From NCBI GenBank assembly GCA_964270895.1, contig OZ185443.1: 64,000 bases of DNA, one strand, 5' to 3'. Positions within the stretch are counted from its first letter, which is position 1, and the number at the start of each line of letters is the position of its first letter. This document shows positions 13,778 through 25,979 of this stretch, piece after piece. A program made the position numbers and the translations under genes. Under the pieces are notes generated by a model. The model was not told the origin of the DNA. It was given only the letters and a program-made list of their open reading frames with translations, and did not search any database. Origin of the DNA: Podarcis filfolensis (lineage: Eukaryota).

Positions 13778-15149
13778 CTGGGACCCCCCGTGAGGCGAGG
13801 GCACCGGGGCAAAGCCGCCATGCTGCTCTCCCCTGAAGGGGCAGCCCTGGCGAGGGGGACGTCTCGGCAAGGGCAAAGTAAAGTTATCTGCTGCTCCCTG
13901 TTGGAGAGCGCAATGTCACGGCATGTGCTCGCGCTATTATTAATAGCACACGGGGCGGCCCTGGCGGGGGCGAAACTGACACTCTCTGGGCGGAAGAGTT
14001 AACCCTTCCACGGGGCGACCGAAGTTCTGGCGAGGAGGAGCGCAAGTGGCGGCGCGGGAAATGGGGAAGCGCACGAAGATGCGCGCTGCGCCCTCGCGAT
14101 GGTGGCGCGCGCGCCTGTGCGTGCTGTTACAACATACGAAATAAAAGAAACCCGCCCTTCTTCCTCCAAAGAGCTCAGGAGGTGGGGTTCCATTTTTTAG
14201 CCTGCACAGCAGCCTTATGAGGTAGGCTAGGGAAGCTGAGATACAGTGATTGGCTGAAGATGTATCTGCCCGGGGATGGAGTCAGGATCTTCCCGGTCCG
14301 TGTCCTTGCTACTGGGTCACACTCGTTGCACCCAAACATTATTATTTTCAGTTTGTAAGCCCACTGCACTGTGCCTCGCATTTCTTTTTATTTATTTATT
14401 AAATTTTGGAAGTAGAACACAGACATTGTGGCTAATAGCCGGATCAGATCAAGTTCTTTATTATGCACTCCCTAGACCTGAACAAGCTAGTGGCCACTGA
14501 TAGCCCTGTCCTCCATTCACCTGCTTTTATTTCCAATTTAGTATAATTAGGATTGTGTTTTCATATGCCCTTTGCTTTGTCTTTCTAATTCTCTATTGCC
14601 TACTCTGGCTGGCAGCAGCCCACCAGTGTCTGGGGCAGAGACCTGTCTCAGCTCATCTGCAGAGATCCTTTAACTGTCAACTTGTACCCTTGCCCATGAA
14701 AAGCAAGTGCTGCGCCATTTAGCTATGACCTTCCTCATGTACACATATGTTTTTGCCTTCATAATTTACTTATTGTGCATGGTGAACTCTGAAAAGTAAT
14801 GAAGTGAGGAGTGTGCGTCCATATTTAAGATGCTGATCCTGGAATTAGAATATGAAGGGAGACCAATGAGTTTTCTTGCAAAGCGCAGAGCTGCAGCTTT
14901 AAAGTTCCACTGAGAGAGAGAGTATCTCATGCCAGCAGTTTCTCTCCATTCATGGATGTAGTGAGGAGGAGTTATTGCTCTTTTCCTAGTAGTGCCTTGA
15001 AAGGAGAACCACTGCATGTGATCAGAAGGCAGGTGTCACTCTTTAGGTGGAAAGGAGGCTGGTGGGAGGTTCCAGGAGCATATGACTAGGAAATGGAAAG
15101 TTCGTAACCCAAAATATGAACTATAAGTACAGGAGGTGCTTGTATACAG

Positions 15150-15556
15150 TATAATCCGGTCACTGCCTGACATCATGGATCTTGTGGATGTAGGCATATC
15201 AACCTGGGAAGGCAGCCCATTTAGGAGAAGGAAAACTCTGACCCTAAACCTTGCAGAATATATTCAGAAGAAAAGGCTAAGGAGTAAACCCTATACAAAT
15301 CCGGAGTGGAGATCCTAAGACGGTTGGATGGCGCTTTGTGCACCTTCCGGCAACTTCTGCAACAAAACTGGTGCCAAACATATTGCTCTGCTTTCCTTTG
15401 GACCATATCAGCGAGGCTGATGTCATCTGGGCAGCCCAGGACCTCTGTGCACACTGCCCTGGCTTGCACCCTGGGGAGTGCCGCTAACACAGTGGTTTGA
15501 CTTCACCTCCCAGAGGGGCACTCCATCGTCTCTTGAGACAGACAGATGGCAACAAC
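15150..15556 (+). mobile_element. probable RTE-clade 5'-UTR-like interspersed repeat
   Basis: GGAGAAGGAAAACTCTGA...AAATCCGGAG motifs recalled from RTE-type 5' regions, ends in CAACAAC; family name uncertain. Confidence 0.35.
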
Positions 15557-15564
15557 CATAAAAT

Positions 15565-15995
15565 ATTCTCATACTGTGTATACAGCATACATTTAAAGCA
15601 CAATCCTCCACCCCCTTCCAAAAACATCCTGGAAACTACAGTCGTACCTTGGAAATCGAACAGAATCTGTTCCGGAAGTCCGTTCAACTTCCAGAACATT
15701 TGGAAACCAAAGCACGGCTTCTGATTGGCTGCAGGAAGCCTCTGCAGCCAATCGGAAGCTGCAGAAGCCCCATCAGACTTTTGGGTTCCAAAGAACGTTT
15801 GCAAACCAGAACACTCGCTTCCGGCTTTACGGTGTTTGGGAGCCAAAATGTCCGAGTACCAAGGCGTTCAGGATCCAAGGTATGACTGTATTTTGTTACG
15901 GGTGGTGGGAATTGTAGCTCTGTGAGGGGCAACTACAGTTCTCATAATTCTTTGGGAGGAAATGCATTTTAAATGTGTTTTAAATTTATGATGAG
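15565..15995. mobile_element. Harbinger-like MITE interrupted by a Tc1/mariner MITE
   Basis: core GGGAATTGTAGCTCTGTGA...AACTACAGT shared with 28250-28544 and about 47140-47300; split at a TA by the 15639-15888 element. Confidence 0.5.
15639..15888. mobile_element. Tc1/mariner (Tigger/pogo-like) MITE, family 2
   Basis: TIRs CAGTCGTACCTTGG / CAGTCATACCTTGG with TA on both sides (15637-38, 15889-90). Confidence 0.85.
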
Positions 15996-17409
15996 TATGC
16001 AGCTTCACATCCTTTGCATTATTTACTGGACAGGCATTTTCACAAAAGAGGCTCAGGCTGTGTGCGCACAACAGATTGGTTCTGCATTACTCCATTGTGT
16101 GTCCATTTGAAAATAGATGTAGGAGATTCTGGCAATGGGTGGTATATACAAGAAGCACAATCACCACTTCCTTCTCTGTTCACCTGCGGCATATGCAGGG
16201 AGGAAAAGGTATGGAAACCTAAGTGATCAAGTAAACACCTTTGTGGATGGCGCAAAGGAAAGGAATAGGTAAAGTTTAGACACCACTGTTGCCAACTTCT
16301 GCTCTACTTGTGAACCAGTTTTCCACTTTAGCTTCCAGTGCAAAGTATGTAACATAGACACCACTGCTATGCAAAGTAGTGGTGCAACTATAGAGAAAAA
16401 TGGCCAAAGGAAGTTCTTCATGTTTATCAAAGCTTCAGGCTATGTGTCGCTCTGATTTCCTATCTCTGCATTATAAAGCCCTTTTCTTTATTGCATAGAG
16501 CTACTTTAAATACGTTGGGCATCTCTTACAGATCATCACAGCCAACTTTTCTTGCATGAGAGTTCTTGTACTTTAAGCAGCTGTACAGAAGTGGGAACAG
16601 TTTGCCATTCTAAGGTGGCAAAAGCTCTCCCATGCAATCTTTAAAGGTACAGGAGTCCTGCCATCCATTACATTTTGTCACCCCAGATCAATGCGGTTTC
16701 AGTGATGGGAAGGATAGGGTTAATTAAGGGGAGTTTTGTTGCGAAGAGGCAAGGGACCTTATTTACCTGGGACTACTTCCCCTGAGTTGACCTGTAGATC
16801 TCTCAGTAAACTGGCTTATTTTAGCACTGGCCTTCTGAGGTCAGATGACTTTTCACCTGAATAATAAGGTACAAAGCCAAAACTCAAGGACTTCTGCTGC
16901 TTGGAAAGCAGACTGCTGTAGCAACTGGATTCTTTCTCTGTTCTAAGACAAGTGACCTGAAATAACCTTATAACATATTCACTGTAATATTATCCCTGCC
17001 GTGCATCTCCGGAGAGACCCATTTCCATCTTAGCCATGCTAAAATCACTATTATCTACCTTGGCTCTGGAAGATATGAATAAGGAAAAACAATTTTTATA
17101 ACTTCCACACAATTCTGTTTCAAAATGTACATTCATTCCTCAGTGACATTCATCTTCTATTTTGTACCTGCAGCTAAAATGTTAATAGTTTCAGATTATG
17201 CTGGTATTTGCCATCTCTTCTGAAGTTCTAGCATTGGGACTGTGGCAGGAGTGAAATTGTCCAAGTGTCTAAAACACCTAATTCACTTATTGTAACTGCA
17301 TTTATTTGGAGATAAGACCTACCATTGTCAAAGTAAGGTTTGCTTAACTGACAAGCAAAAGAAAGCCAACATGTTCTTTGATAGTTCATGACCAACCAAC
17401 CAACCAACC

Positions 17410-17933
17410 AAAGCAATGACCAACCTAGACAGCATCTTAAAAAGTAGAGACATCACCTTGCCAACAAAGGTCCGTATAGTAAAAGCTATGGTTTTCCCAG
17501 TAGTGATGTATGGAAGTGAGAGCTACACCATAAAGAAGGCTGATCGTCGAAGAATTGATGCTTTTGAATTATGGTGCTGGAGGAGACTCTTGAGAGTCCC
17601 ATGGACTGCAAGAAGATCAAACCTATCCATTCTTAAGGAAATCAGCCCTGAGTGCTCACTGGAAGGACAGATCGTGAAGCTGAGGCTCCAATACTTTGGC
17701 CACCTCATGAGAAGAGAAGACTCCCTGGAAAAGACCCTGATGTTGGGAAAGATGGAGGGCACAAGGAGAAGGGGACGACAGAGGACGAGATGGTTGGATA
17801 GTGTCTTCGAAGCTACAAACATGAGTCTGACTAAACTGTGGGAGGCAGTGGAAGACAGAAGTGCCTGGCGTGCTCTGGTCCATGGGGTCACGAAGAGTCG
17901 GACACGACTAAACGACTAAACAACAACAACAAC
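17410..17933 (+). mobile_element. Bov-B/RTE LINE 3' fragment
   Basis: uninterrupted 167-codon frame (17416-17919) of the RTE ORF C-terminus (MTNLDSILKSRDITLPTKVRIVKAMVFPVVMYG...RRRGRQRTRWLD); (CAA)n tail; 98-bp flanking duplication. Confidence 0.95.
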
Positions 17934-18150
17934 AACTGCATTTATTTGGACATAAGACCTACCATTGTCAAAGTAAGGTTTGCTTAACTGACAAGCAAAA
18001 GAAAGCCAACATGTTCTTTGATAGTTCATGATCACATCAAGAAATAAACTTTTGGGATGTTCAGCTTTTCTTATTCCGGTAATGTCCTCAATTGCATCTC
18101 GTTGCCCTAGTCCCAATGCAATATATACAAGCACCAGAAGGTTAAAAAAA

Positions 18151-18519
18151 GGTAAGGTAAAGGACCCCTGGAGAGTAAGTCTAGTCAAAGGCAACTATGG
18201 GGGTGCAGCGCTCATCTCACTTTCAGACCAAGGGAGCCGGCATTTGTCCACAGACAGCTTTCCCGGTGATGTGGCCAGCATAACTACTGGTGCAACAGAA
18301 CACTGTGACAGAAACCAGAGCACATGGAAACGCCATTTACCTTCCTGCCACAGTGGTACCTATTTATCTATTTGCACTGGTATGCTTTCAAACTGCCAGG
18401 TTGGCAGGAGCTGGGACAGAGCTACGGGAGCTCACCCCATCGCGGGTATTCTAACCACTGACCTTCTGATCGGCAAGCCCAAGAGTCTCAGTGATTTAGA
18501 ACACAGCGCCACCCGCATC
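18151..18519 (-). mobile_element. Sauria SINE, full length
   Basis: (AAAGGT)n-type tail at left, tRNA-like head at right, homologous to other copies in the window. Confidence 0.88.
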
Positions 18520-19660
18520 GCAGAAGCATCAGAAATGGCACCTGGAAGCTCTGAGCCACATACTCACTGGTTGCTTACATAGCGAAGCAGTGACATGGCC
18601 CTTTCTCCTAACTCGTATATGTAATATGCTCCAAGCAGACACATGATTGTGGTGATGCTTGATTTGCTTAATTCTTCCCCACAGACAGAAGTGATAGTGT
18701 GGCAGTGGGGAGATGTCCCCATGGTTGTATAGCAATGTAGACTACCAGCATCATATGTGATGGTTTGCAAGTGAGATAAAAAGAAGCAGGAAAGGGATGC
18801 AATGTGAAGGACTCCTAAGCAGTGTCTGGATCATAATTTTATGCATTATGAATATTCTGCAAAAGGTGATGCTTCATGTGAACTGCTCATACATTGGAAA
18901 GTTCATACAACCAATCTGATGTGCTGAAATGCATTGCATAAGGGAATTTGTGCTGGTGTCAGTATTTAAAACATAGCCATGCATGTGACTTCAGGAACAG
19001 AGCCAAGATCCCGGGTGTCTATAACGTCACCTGCTCTGTGTCAAGCTGTCACACAGAATGGTGAGCATAAATAGAACAGAACTTCTGCATGTGATTTCTG
19101 AGCAGTAACCTTTTCCTTTTTCATTTCTCCCCTTCCACATTTTGTCCAAAGGCTGCATAGGCTGCTGCTGAAGCAAATTAGCAACCTAGTGCCATTTTGT
19201 GTTCCTGTCTCTGTTGGCAACTTTCTAGCAAGCCTATAATGAAGTCAAGCAAGTTCGGAATCAGTAAAATTACAAGCTGGTAAATAAACTAAACTAAACT
19301 CTGGAAATAGTTAGCAAGGCTATAATGAAGTTGAGTAGGTTAAGAATAAATTACAAGCTGGCTAAAACAATGAATAAATCACAAGGATCAAAATTTGGAA
19401 ATTTATGTTGCATAAACAATGCACATATGGGGACAAATTCACACAAAAATGCTAGTGAATTTTCATGAGGATTTAAAAAAAGAATGAAAAGTGACATGGA
19501 AATGTGTAGAACTTAATTTAAGAATGCAAATATTAGAATCTAAAATGGATATAGTCACCAATCCCTGGGAGGGATGTGCCTACATTGTGAGATTTGTAGG
19601 AGCAGTAGGTAGCCTAAGTTACATTTCAACCGAGCTTTGCTACAGCTGAATATTTTTCTG

Positions 19661-19674
19661 CCACTAGATGGCAG
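19661..19674 (+). promoter_or_regulatory. CTCF motif
   Basis: CCACTAGATGGCAG is an exact match to CCASYAGRKGGCRS. Confidence 0.55.
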
Positions 19675-20227
19675 AGTACCCATTGCTTAGATCTGATAAA
19701 GTGGGCTCTAGTACAAGAAGATTTATGCCTCAAGCTCAGTGGCAGGCGGACATACATTTGGGGGGGCATGAAGTTTGAACTGTTTTGGAGGCCCTTTCAC
19801 AATAAGCACCGAGATCTGGGTAGCCACTGTTATATTCTTCAGTGGGGTTATTCCATGCCAGATTACCACAATTAAAACAAAAAACTACTGCATCTCGGAT
19901 TTTGCTTAAAATGGCTGTACCGCGACCCTCCACTTTTACAACAGCTGACTCTCAAACTTCGGGACTGTTGAAATATACACAACAAATAATCAATTTGAGT
20001 CATGTGACTCAAATTGGGTCTACTAGACTCCATTTTTTAAAAGCCATATGGAGTAAAGTCGCTTCTGCTGCCCCTCCAGGATTAGGTGCCCTGAAGCTTA
20101 AGCTTCATTAGTCTTATAGTGGATCTGCCCCTGTTCAGGATTTGGGCACGTCCCACCCACCACCCAGATCACTTCTGCCACTTCAGCCTTCTGACCCTTA
20201 TTGCAATGGGTAGGGGGGGCTAGTAGT

Positions 20228-20620
20228 GGCACGCAGGTGGCGCTGTGGTCTAAACCACTGAGCCTCTTGGGCTTCCTGATCAGAAGGTCAGTGGTTTGAA
20301 TCCCCGCGACAGGGTGAGCTCCCGTTGCTCTGTCCCAGCTCCTGCCAACTTGGCAGTTTTAAAGCATGCCAGTGCAAGTAGATAAATAGGTACTGTTGCG
20401 ACTGGAAGGTTAATGGCGTTTCCATGTGCTCTGGCTTCCATCATAGTATTCTGTTGCACCAGAAGCGGTTTAGTCATGCTGGCCACATGACCTGGAAAGC
20501 TGTCTGTGGATAAACACCGGCTCCCTCATCCTGAAAGTGAGATGAGCACTGCAACCCCATAGTCACTTTTGACTGGACTTAACCGTCCAGGAGTCCTTTA
20601 CCTTTACTTTTACCTTTACC
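20228..20620 (+). mobile_element. Sauria SINE, full length
   Basis: GGTGGCGCTGTGG box A, GGTTTGAATCC box B, (CCTTTA)n tail. Confidence 0.9.
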
Positions 20621-20874
20621 TAGTAAGGGTAGAGGGGATCAGAGAAGGGTGCCAGCAAAGGTTGGAATATTCAAATTATTGCTTCAATCAATTGCACTTA
20701 TTGCATCGTGTAATAAAAAGAATGCAACTTTTATTATTAATAATAGTTTTCATAATCATCGATTGGCTACAAGTTACTTGTACTTATGTCCCATTGATTT
20801 CAGTGAGAACTTACAGTGTGATTGTATACGTCTATTTAGAAGTAAGACCACTGAGTTCAATAGGAAGTATGTAC

Positions 20875-21205
20875 GGCCATGGCCCTGTATACCTGAAGGA
20901 GTGTCTCCACCACCTAGACACTAAGGTCCAACTCTGAAGGCTTTCTGGTGTGCCCCTCACTTTGAGAGGTGAAGCTACAGGCAGAGGGCTTTCTTGACAG
21001 TGGTGCCAACCCTGTGGAACACCCTCCCATCAAATGTCAAGCAGATAAGTAACTATACAACCTTTAGAAGACATCTGAAGGGAAGTTTTTAAAAGTTTAA
21101 TTTTGTGTTATGTTTTTATATATGTTGGAAGCCACCCATCTGACTGGGTTAACCCAGTCAGATGGGTGGGGTACAAACAAATAAAAACAATAACAATAAC
21201 AATAA
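20875..21205 (+). mobile_element. L2-type LINE 3' end
   Basis: degraded RT C-terminal sequence then GTTGGAAGCC...CCCAGTCAGATGGG and A-rich tail; the same tail occurs at about 28015-28125. Confidence 0.7.
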
Positions 21206-21343
21206 TTAGGTATTTGCCTAGCAGGAGTGGCTAATCCTCAAACCCCACCAAGTGTTTCTGGGTGGCTAATCCACAGACCTCTCCCAACAATTCTGCATCA
21301 TCTTTAAAAAAGGTGAACCAAAAACTCAGATACAAAGGCATTA

Positions 21344-21569
21344 CAGTGGTCCCTCGGGTTACATACGCTTCAGGTTACAGACTCCGCTAACCCAGAAATA
21401 GTACCTCGGGTTAAGAACTTTGCTTCAGGATGAGAACAGAAATTGTGCTCCGGCGGCGCAGCAGCAGCAGGAAGCCCCATTAGCTAAAGTGGTGCTTCAG
21501 GTTAAGAACAGTTTCAGGTTAAGTACGGACCTCCGGAACGAATTAAGTACTTAACCCGAGGTACCACTG
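21344..21569. mobile_element. Tigger-like MITE, family 1
   Basis: TIRs CAGTGGT(A/C)CCTCGGGTTA, TA TSD; five copies in the window. Confidence 0.9.
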
Positions 21570-22167
21570 TATATAAATACACCAACAACATTGGTTTGTG
21601 CAATTGTACAAATTTTAGAAATGGGTTTTTATTGATTTTATAGTCTGTATCTTTTTTATCTTGTTTTTTTTTAGTCTATGGGACCCCCAAGCCACTGCTT
21701 CTGCAATTTTGCATCAATGCAATAATAGTGCATGGGTGGTGTCCACACATAGTTTCACCCTATTAGTTTTTCTGCGATGCTCCCTCAATGTTATTTGTGT
21801 TACAACAACTTACATGATTTCCGCAAGGAAGTTAAGGGACATGTACTCATTAGAAACAAAGCAGTATGCATACCCTAAAACCTTTGCAAGCTGAAACAGC
21901 ATTAATAGCAGGATCATGTATAATTGCTCTGATACCATCATGATCACAAATCATTAATAATTTGGCCAACTGGAAAGGTCCTGCATCTTTTGTGTGTTAT
22001 CTCATTTCATCTCATTGTCCAACAGTTTGAGAGTTTAGAAGCAGTTTAGAAATCTGTGAAACCAATCAAATGAATAAGCATAGCCAATTCGTGGAAGCAG
22101 CACATAGATGAAGCAACTGTTTATCTCCTCCTAACTGTTTAATAGACTTGATGGGGGAGGGGGGAAG

Positions 22168-22257
22168 CATAGCTGTCAACTTTCCCCTTTTCTTGCGAGG
22201 AATCCTATTCGGAATAAGGGAATTTCCCTTTTAAAAAGGGAAACGTTGACAGCTATG
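22168..22257. mobile_element. 90-bp hAT mini-MITE
   Basis: about 25-bp TIRs starting CATAGCTGTCAAC; perfect 8-bp TSD GGGGGAAG at 22160-22167 and 22258-22265. Confidence 0.9.
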
Positions 22258-22890
22258 GGGGGAAGCAATCTGGGCAGATGGTTGTAAACAAGGACAAACA
22301 AAAAATGAAGAAGTTCCTTTTGTGACTTTATGTTTTAAATGTCATGCATATGAAAGGAAGTTTATTCCGGTTGTTGATTTATATGGAGCAGCAGGGAAAG
22401 GCGAATGGTGGGACCAAAACAACAAATCCACATTGCACAAGTAAACCCTTTCATTGGCTTGCCCCAAAGGAAGCCTTTTCTCCCCAGCTCTCCAGAAGCC
22501 AGCCCTGCCTTATCAGCTCTGCAAAATGGAGAATGAATGCCTTGTTCATTATTATCGCTGAAGTCATTCCTATTTATGCCGGTATTTCATGGATTATGTT
22601 TTTATGAAAACACTTTCTTGCCTGTGAATAAACACAGGCGCTTTAAAAATATTTGTATGCAAAATGTATCGAAGGCCATTATGAAAATGCTTTGCGAAAA
22701 GGCAGTAAGAAGCCTTTTGCAACCTCGGAAAAAAAGAAGAAAAAAGAAACCCTCTCACATTTTCTCTACATTTTCTTTCATGCTAAACAGTCCAAAGAAA
22801 AGGCCTTTTCAGAGTTAACTAGTTTCAGCGATACCAGTGTTTTAGTGTAATGAATAACTTTTCAAAGGGGACAATCACACATCGCTCAGT

Positions 22891-23243
22891 ATGCTGGTAT
22901 TTCTATTTCTGTGCACCACCAATGGAAGGATTTCTGTGGCAGAATTTCTTTCTCAGAGAAAGCTGAAGCGATCAAAACCCTGATTAACCTCTGATATTCA
23001 CGTGCTGCTCTTGATCTTGGGGACCGAAGCTGTAACAAAGAGTTAATGGCAGCCATATGCTTGGGGTATTGTAGGTTCCGCTGACCCAAATGTGAACTCC
23101 ATGAGTGACTGCAGCGAACTGCTGTTTGTTCCAAGTTTGGCGTGCAGATTACTGATGAAGAGTTTGAGCTTCTACTTGACAGAATCCCCCTTGATGAAGA
23201 TGGAAATGTCAAATTTCCCCAGTTCATACCCATGTTTGATTCA
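22891..23243 (+). pseudogene. disrupted EF-hand coding relic (EFCAB6-like)
   Basis: 23115-23243 reads RTAVCSKFGVQITDEEFELLLDRIPLDEDGNVKFPQFIPMFDS (helix-loop-helix EF-hand); 22915-22950 reads TTNGRISVAEFL; stops and frameshift between them. Confidence 0.6.
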
Positions 23244-25758
23244 CAATTTACAGCCTCGACTTTTTGAATTTGTCATATGTCAATCAATTTCTGTTTGCTA
23301 GAGAAGCTTTGCAATAATCCACGAGAGCAGGTTCAGGCTATCTGGCCGTGTTGCATTTTATAGCATTTAATATTTTCAGGAAATGCAATTTGCCTCATTC
23401 AGTGACAGCTTAATTGGTGTTTAAGTACTGAACAAAGTTTGACATTCAGGGCATTTTCACACACAAGAGCTCAAGCGTTTTCAGATTTGAGAGTTGAATC
23501 AACCTAGGCTTAAATTTGGTCCTTACCATGGAGGTAAAACCTATACGGGCTACAAGGCACTTGCAATTTTTATTCCAACTTGTCATGCTTTGAAAATACT
23601 CACAGATGGCAGAAAGAATATGAAAGTGGCTCAAATCTGGTGATTCTTAATCTCATGTGTGAAAACGTTCTTGTTTGAACTGGGAATATGTTTGCAAGTG
23701 TGACAAGTGAACAACTTTTTCAAAAGGTTTGTAAGACATACTTTTTTAGTGAAGCTTTTTTATTGAAGGTGTTTCTGTGTCTGACTGCTTAGATCTGCGT
23801 TCCTAGTGTTGGTTCTGTTATAATGGGCAGGTTATATGTTGGGGAAGGGTGTGCATATTGAGTCTTCCCTAGGAGATAAGTCCAGAGTTCTGAGTGAATG
23901 AGAATTCATTCTTTCTCGATTTCCCTTGAAGCTTTTAAATGCTTGTAAAAACAAGAGTGGTGGATATTGTGTCTGCACACATACAAACCCATAATGTTTG
24001 CAATGGGTTAGGTTTATGTTCCACTCCCCATTTGATAAGACTTATCCATCATAGCTCTATCACAAACTACTAGTGATTGCATGTGTCTTAACCTTTTATG
24101 GGGACGAAACTAACTTGAGGATTCTTCTGGTATCCAAGCACCATTAGATTTTTGTGTTTTTTCAAAAGTTTTACTTTTCAAAATAAAATAGCCAACAATA
24201 TTGGTTTAACATGGAACTTAAAAGCCAAATAAAGCATTCCATTACTGTATTTATCATTAGGATGCAGAGGCTGTGACTGGTGAAGGTATTTTATGGCAGA
24301 ACTGAAACACTGACTTAGCAATCGACAAATCAATTCTGCAGCCTGTCCCAGTGTTATCCTGGTACAGGTCATCATATGGTTCCCAGGCAGCCTTCTCTCA
24401 TTTTTCTTCATTTATTTAAGCAACACTGAATATTCCTAGTTGCATGCACTCACATTGATGCCACATTTCGAAAGTGTGGGACTGAAATGCTTCTGTGGAA
24501 TTGTGGCAAAGCTGGTTTCTACAAGGGCAGATTTAACTCTCTCCACAAATATTTATTTTTCTCCAAAGATTTTGGTTTTGAGAATGGATGGAGCGGCACA
24601 AATTCAAAAGCAGCAACACATTTAAATTATTAGTATTACAATACGAGCAGAAAGCAACAAAAAAATTCAAAAGCCCTGGCCAAAGAAAACTCTCTTTACC
24701 TGGAGTCTAAGGTCTAATCCTATATGCATTTATCTGGGACCAAGATCACATTGAACTCAGCAGGATTTACTTCTGGGTAGAATGGTATAGGTATAGGATG
24801 ACACTGCAAAATTCAAAGGAGTAGCAATAAGCTATGTAGGCCAAAGGAGGACATTCCAAATATGGGTGTCACCTGATCTCTGGTCCCCACTCTTCTACCT
24901 CAGCATGCAGGAGTATCTGTAAGAGGTACTCTCCAGATAACTTTAAACTCCAGAAGGGGATCACTGGGATTGGAGTCTCAGAAAAAGAGAATGTATTTGG
25001 GTGGGAGGAGAATTGATACTGTAGTAGCAACCAAGAGGGGCTTCAAATTTGTTATGAACAGGTGCAAAAAAATCCAAACTATGGGTCCAGAAACATATTG
25101 GCTGTAGCCTCCTGAATCCCTTCATTTCATGTCAAAAAATATTTGCTGGAGAATATTGGGTGCAGCACTACAGTGAACACCAGACTTGTCTAATTCCGGC
25201 TGTGTTATCTCAGAGAGAGAGAGGATTTACAAGTCAAATGATCCACTGTGCCTTTTGTCAGCCAATTAAAACATCTTCACTGGGACCTACAGAACTAACC
25301 TTTGTGTGGTCTTTGGTCTCGGATGGAAATGATCGCTTGACGCGTTTGGCAGTGTGAATTTTGAGACGGTACAAAATGTGTGTGGGAACTTGGGGGGGAG
25401 AAAAAAAAGCCCATCTTAAAAATAAGTAGGATCAGGGTGGTGATGGTGAGGGGGGGGAGAGAAAGGTGACGTTAGAGATGCTGGTAAAAGTTAGTCGTGG
25501 TCAAGCTTGGGGCGAACAATAGCGCAGTGTTGTTATGGGCTGCTTTTACGACTTAGATATTCTTCCCATGTCAGTATAATCACTACTGGGAGGTAGCTCG
25601 ATTAAGGATTACCATATCATTAATAGTATCTATGACTTTTGTTCAAAGGCTACTTGTGTAATGTTGCCTTGTGGATGAAGCTTCCTAATCCGCTGAGCTG
25701 CAGCTGTAGAGGAGGGCCTTCCTTAGAGGCGCCCACACTGACTTCCCTGTCCCTTGGA

Positions 25759-25979
25759 NNNNNNNNNNNNNNNNNNNNNNNNNNNNNNNNNNNNNNNNNN
25801 NNNNNNNNNNNNNNNNNNNNNNNNNNNNNNNNNNNNNNNNNNNNNNNNNNNNNNNNNNNNNNNNNNNNNNNNNNNNNNNNNNNNNNNNNNNNNNNNNNNN
25901 NNNNNNNNNNNNNNNNNNNNNNNNNNNNNNNNNNNNNNNNNNNNNNNNNNNNNNNNNNNNNNNNNNNNNNNNNNNNNNN
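25759..25979. other. assembly gap (221 N)
   Basis: run of n. Confidence 1.

Larger units (their letters stand above)
13690..14130. promoter_or_regulatory. CpG island / SLC25A4 promoter
   Basis: GC- and CpG-rich block with GC boxes immediately upstream of exon 1. Confidence 0.85.

Noticed and set aside
17416-18582. ORFs of 167, 122 and 184 aa as host genes
   Set aside because: Bov-B ORF remnant, its antisense frame and Sauria SINE sequence
22886-23301. ORFs 22886-23233 (-) and 23092-23301 (+) as genes
   Set aside because: No recognisable product; they are shadow or off-frame readings over the EF-hand-like relic
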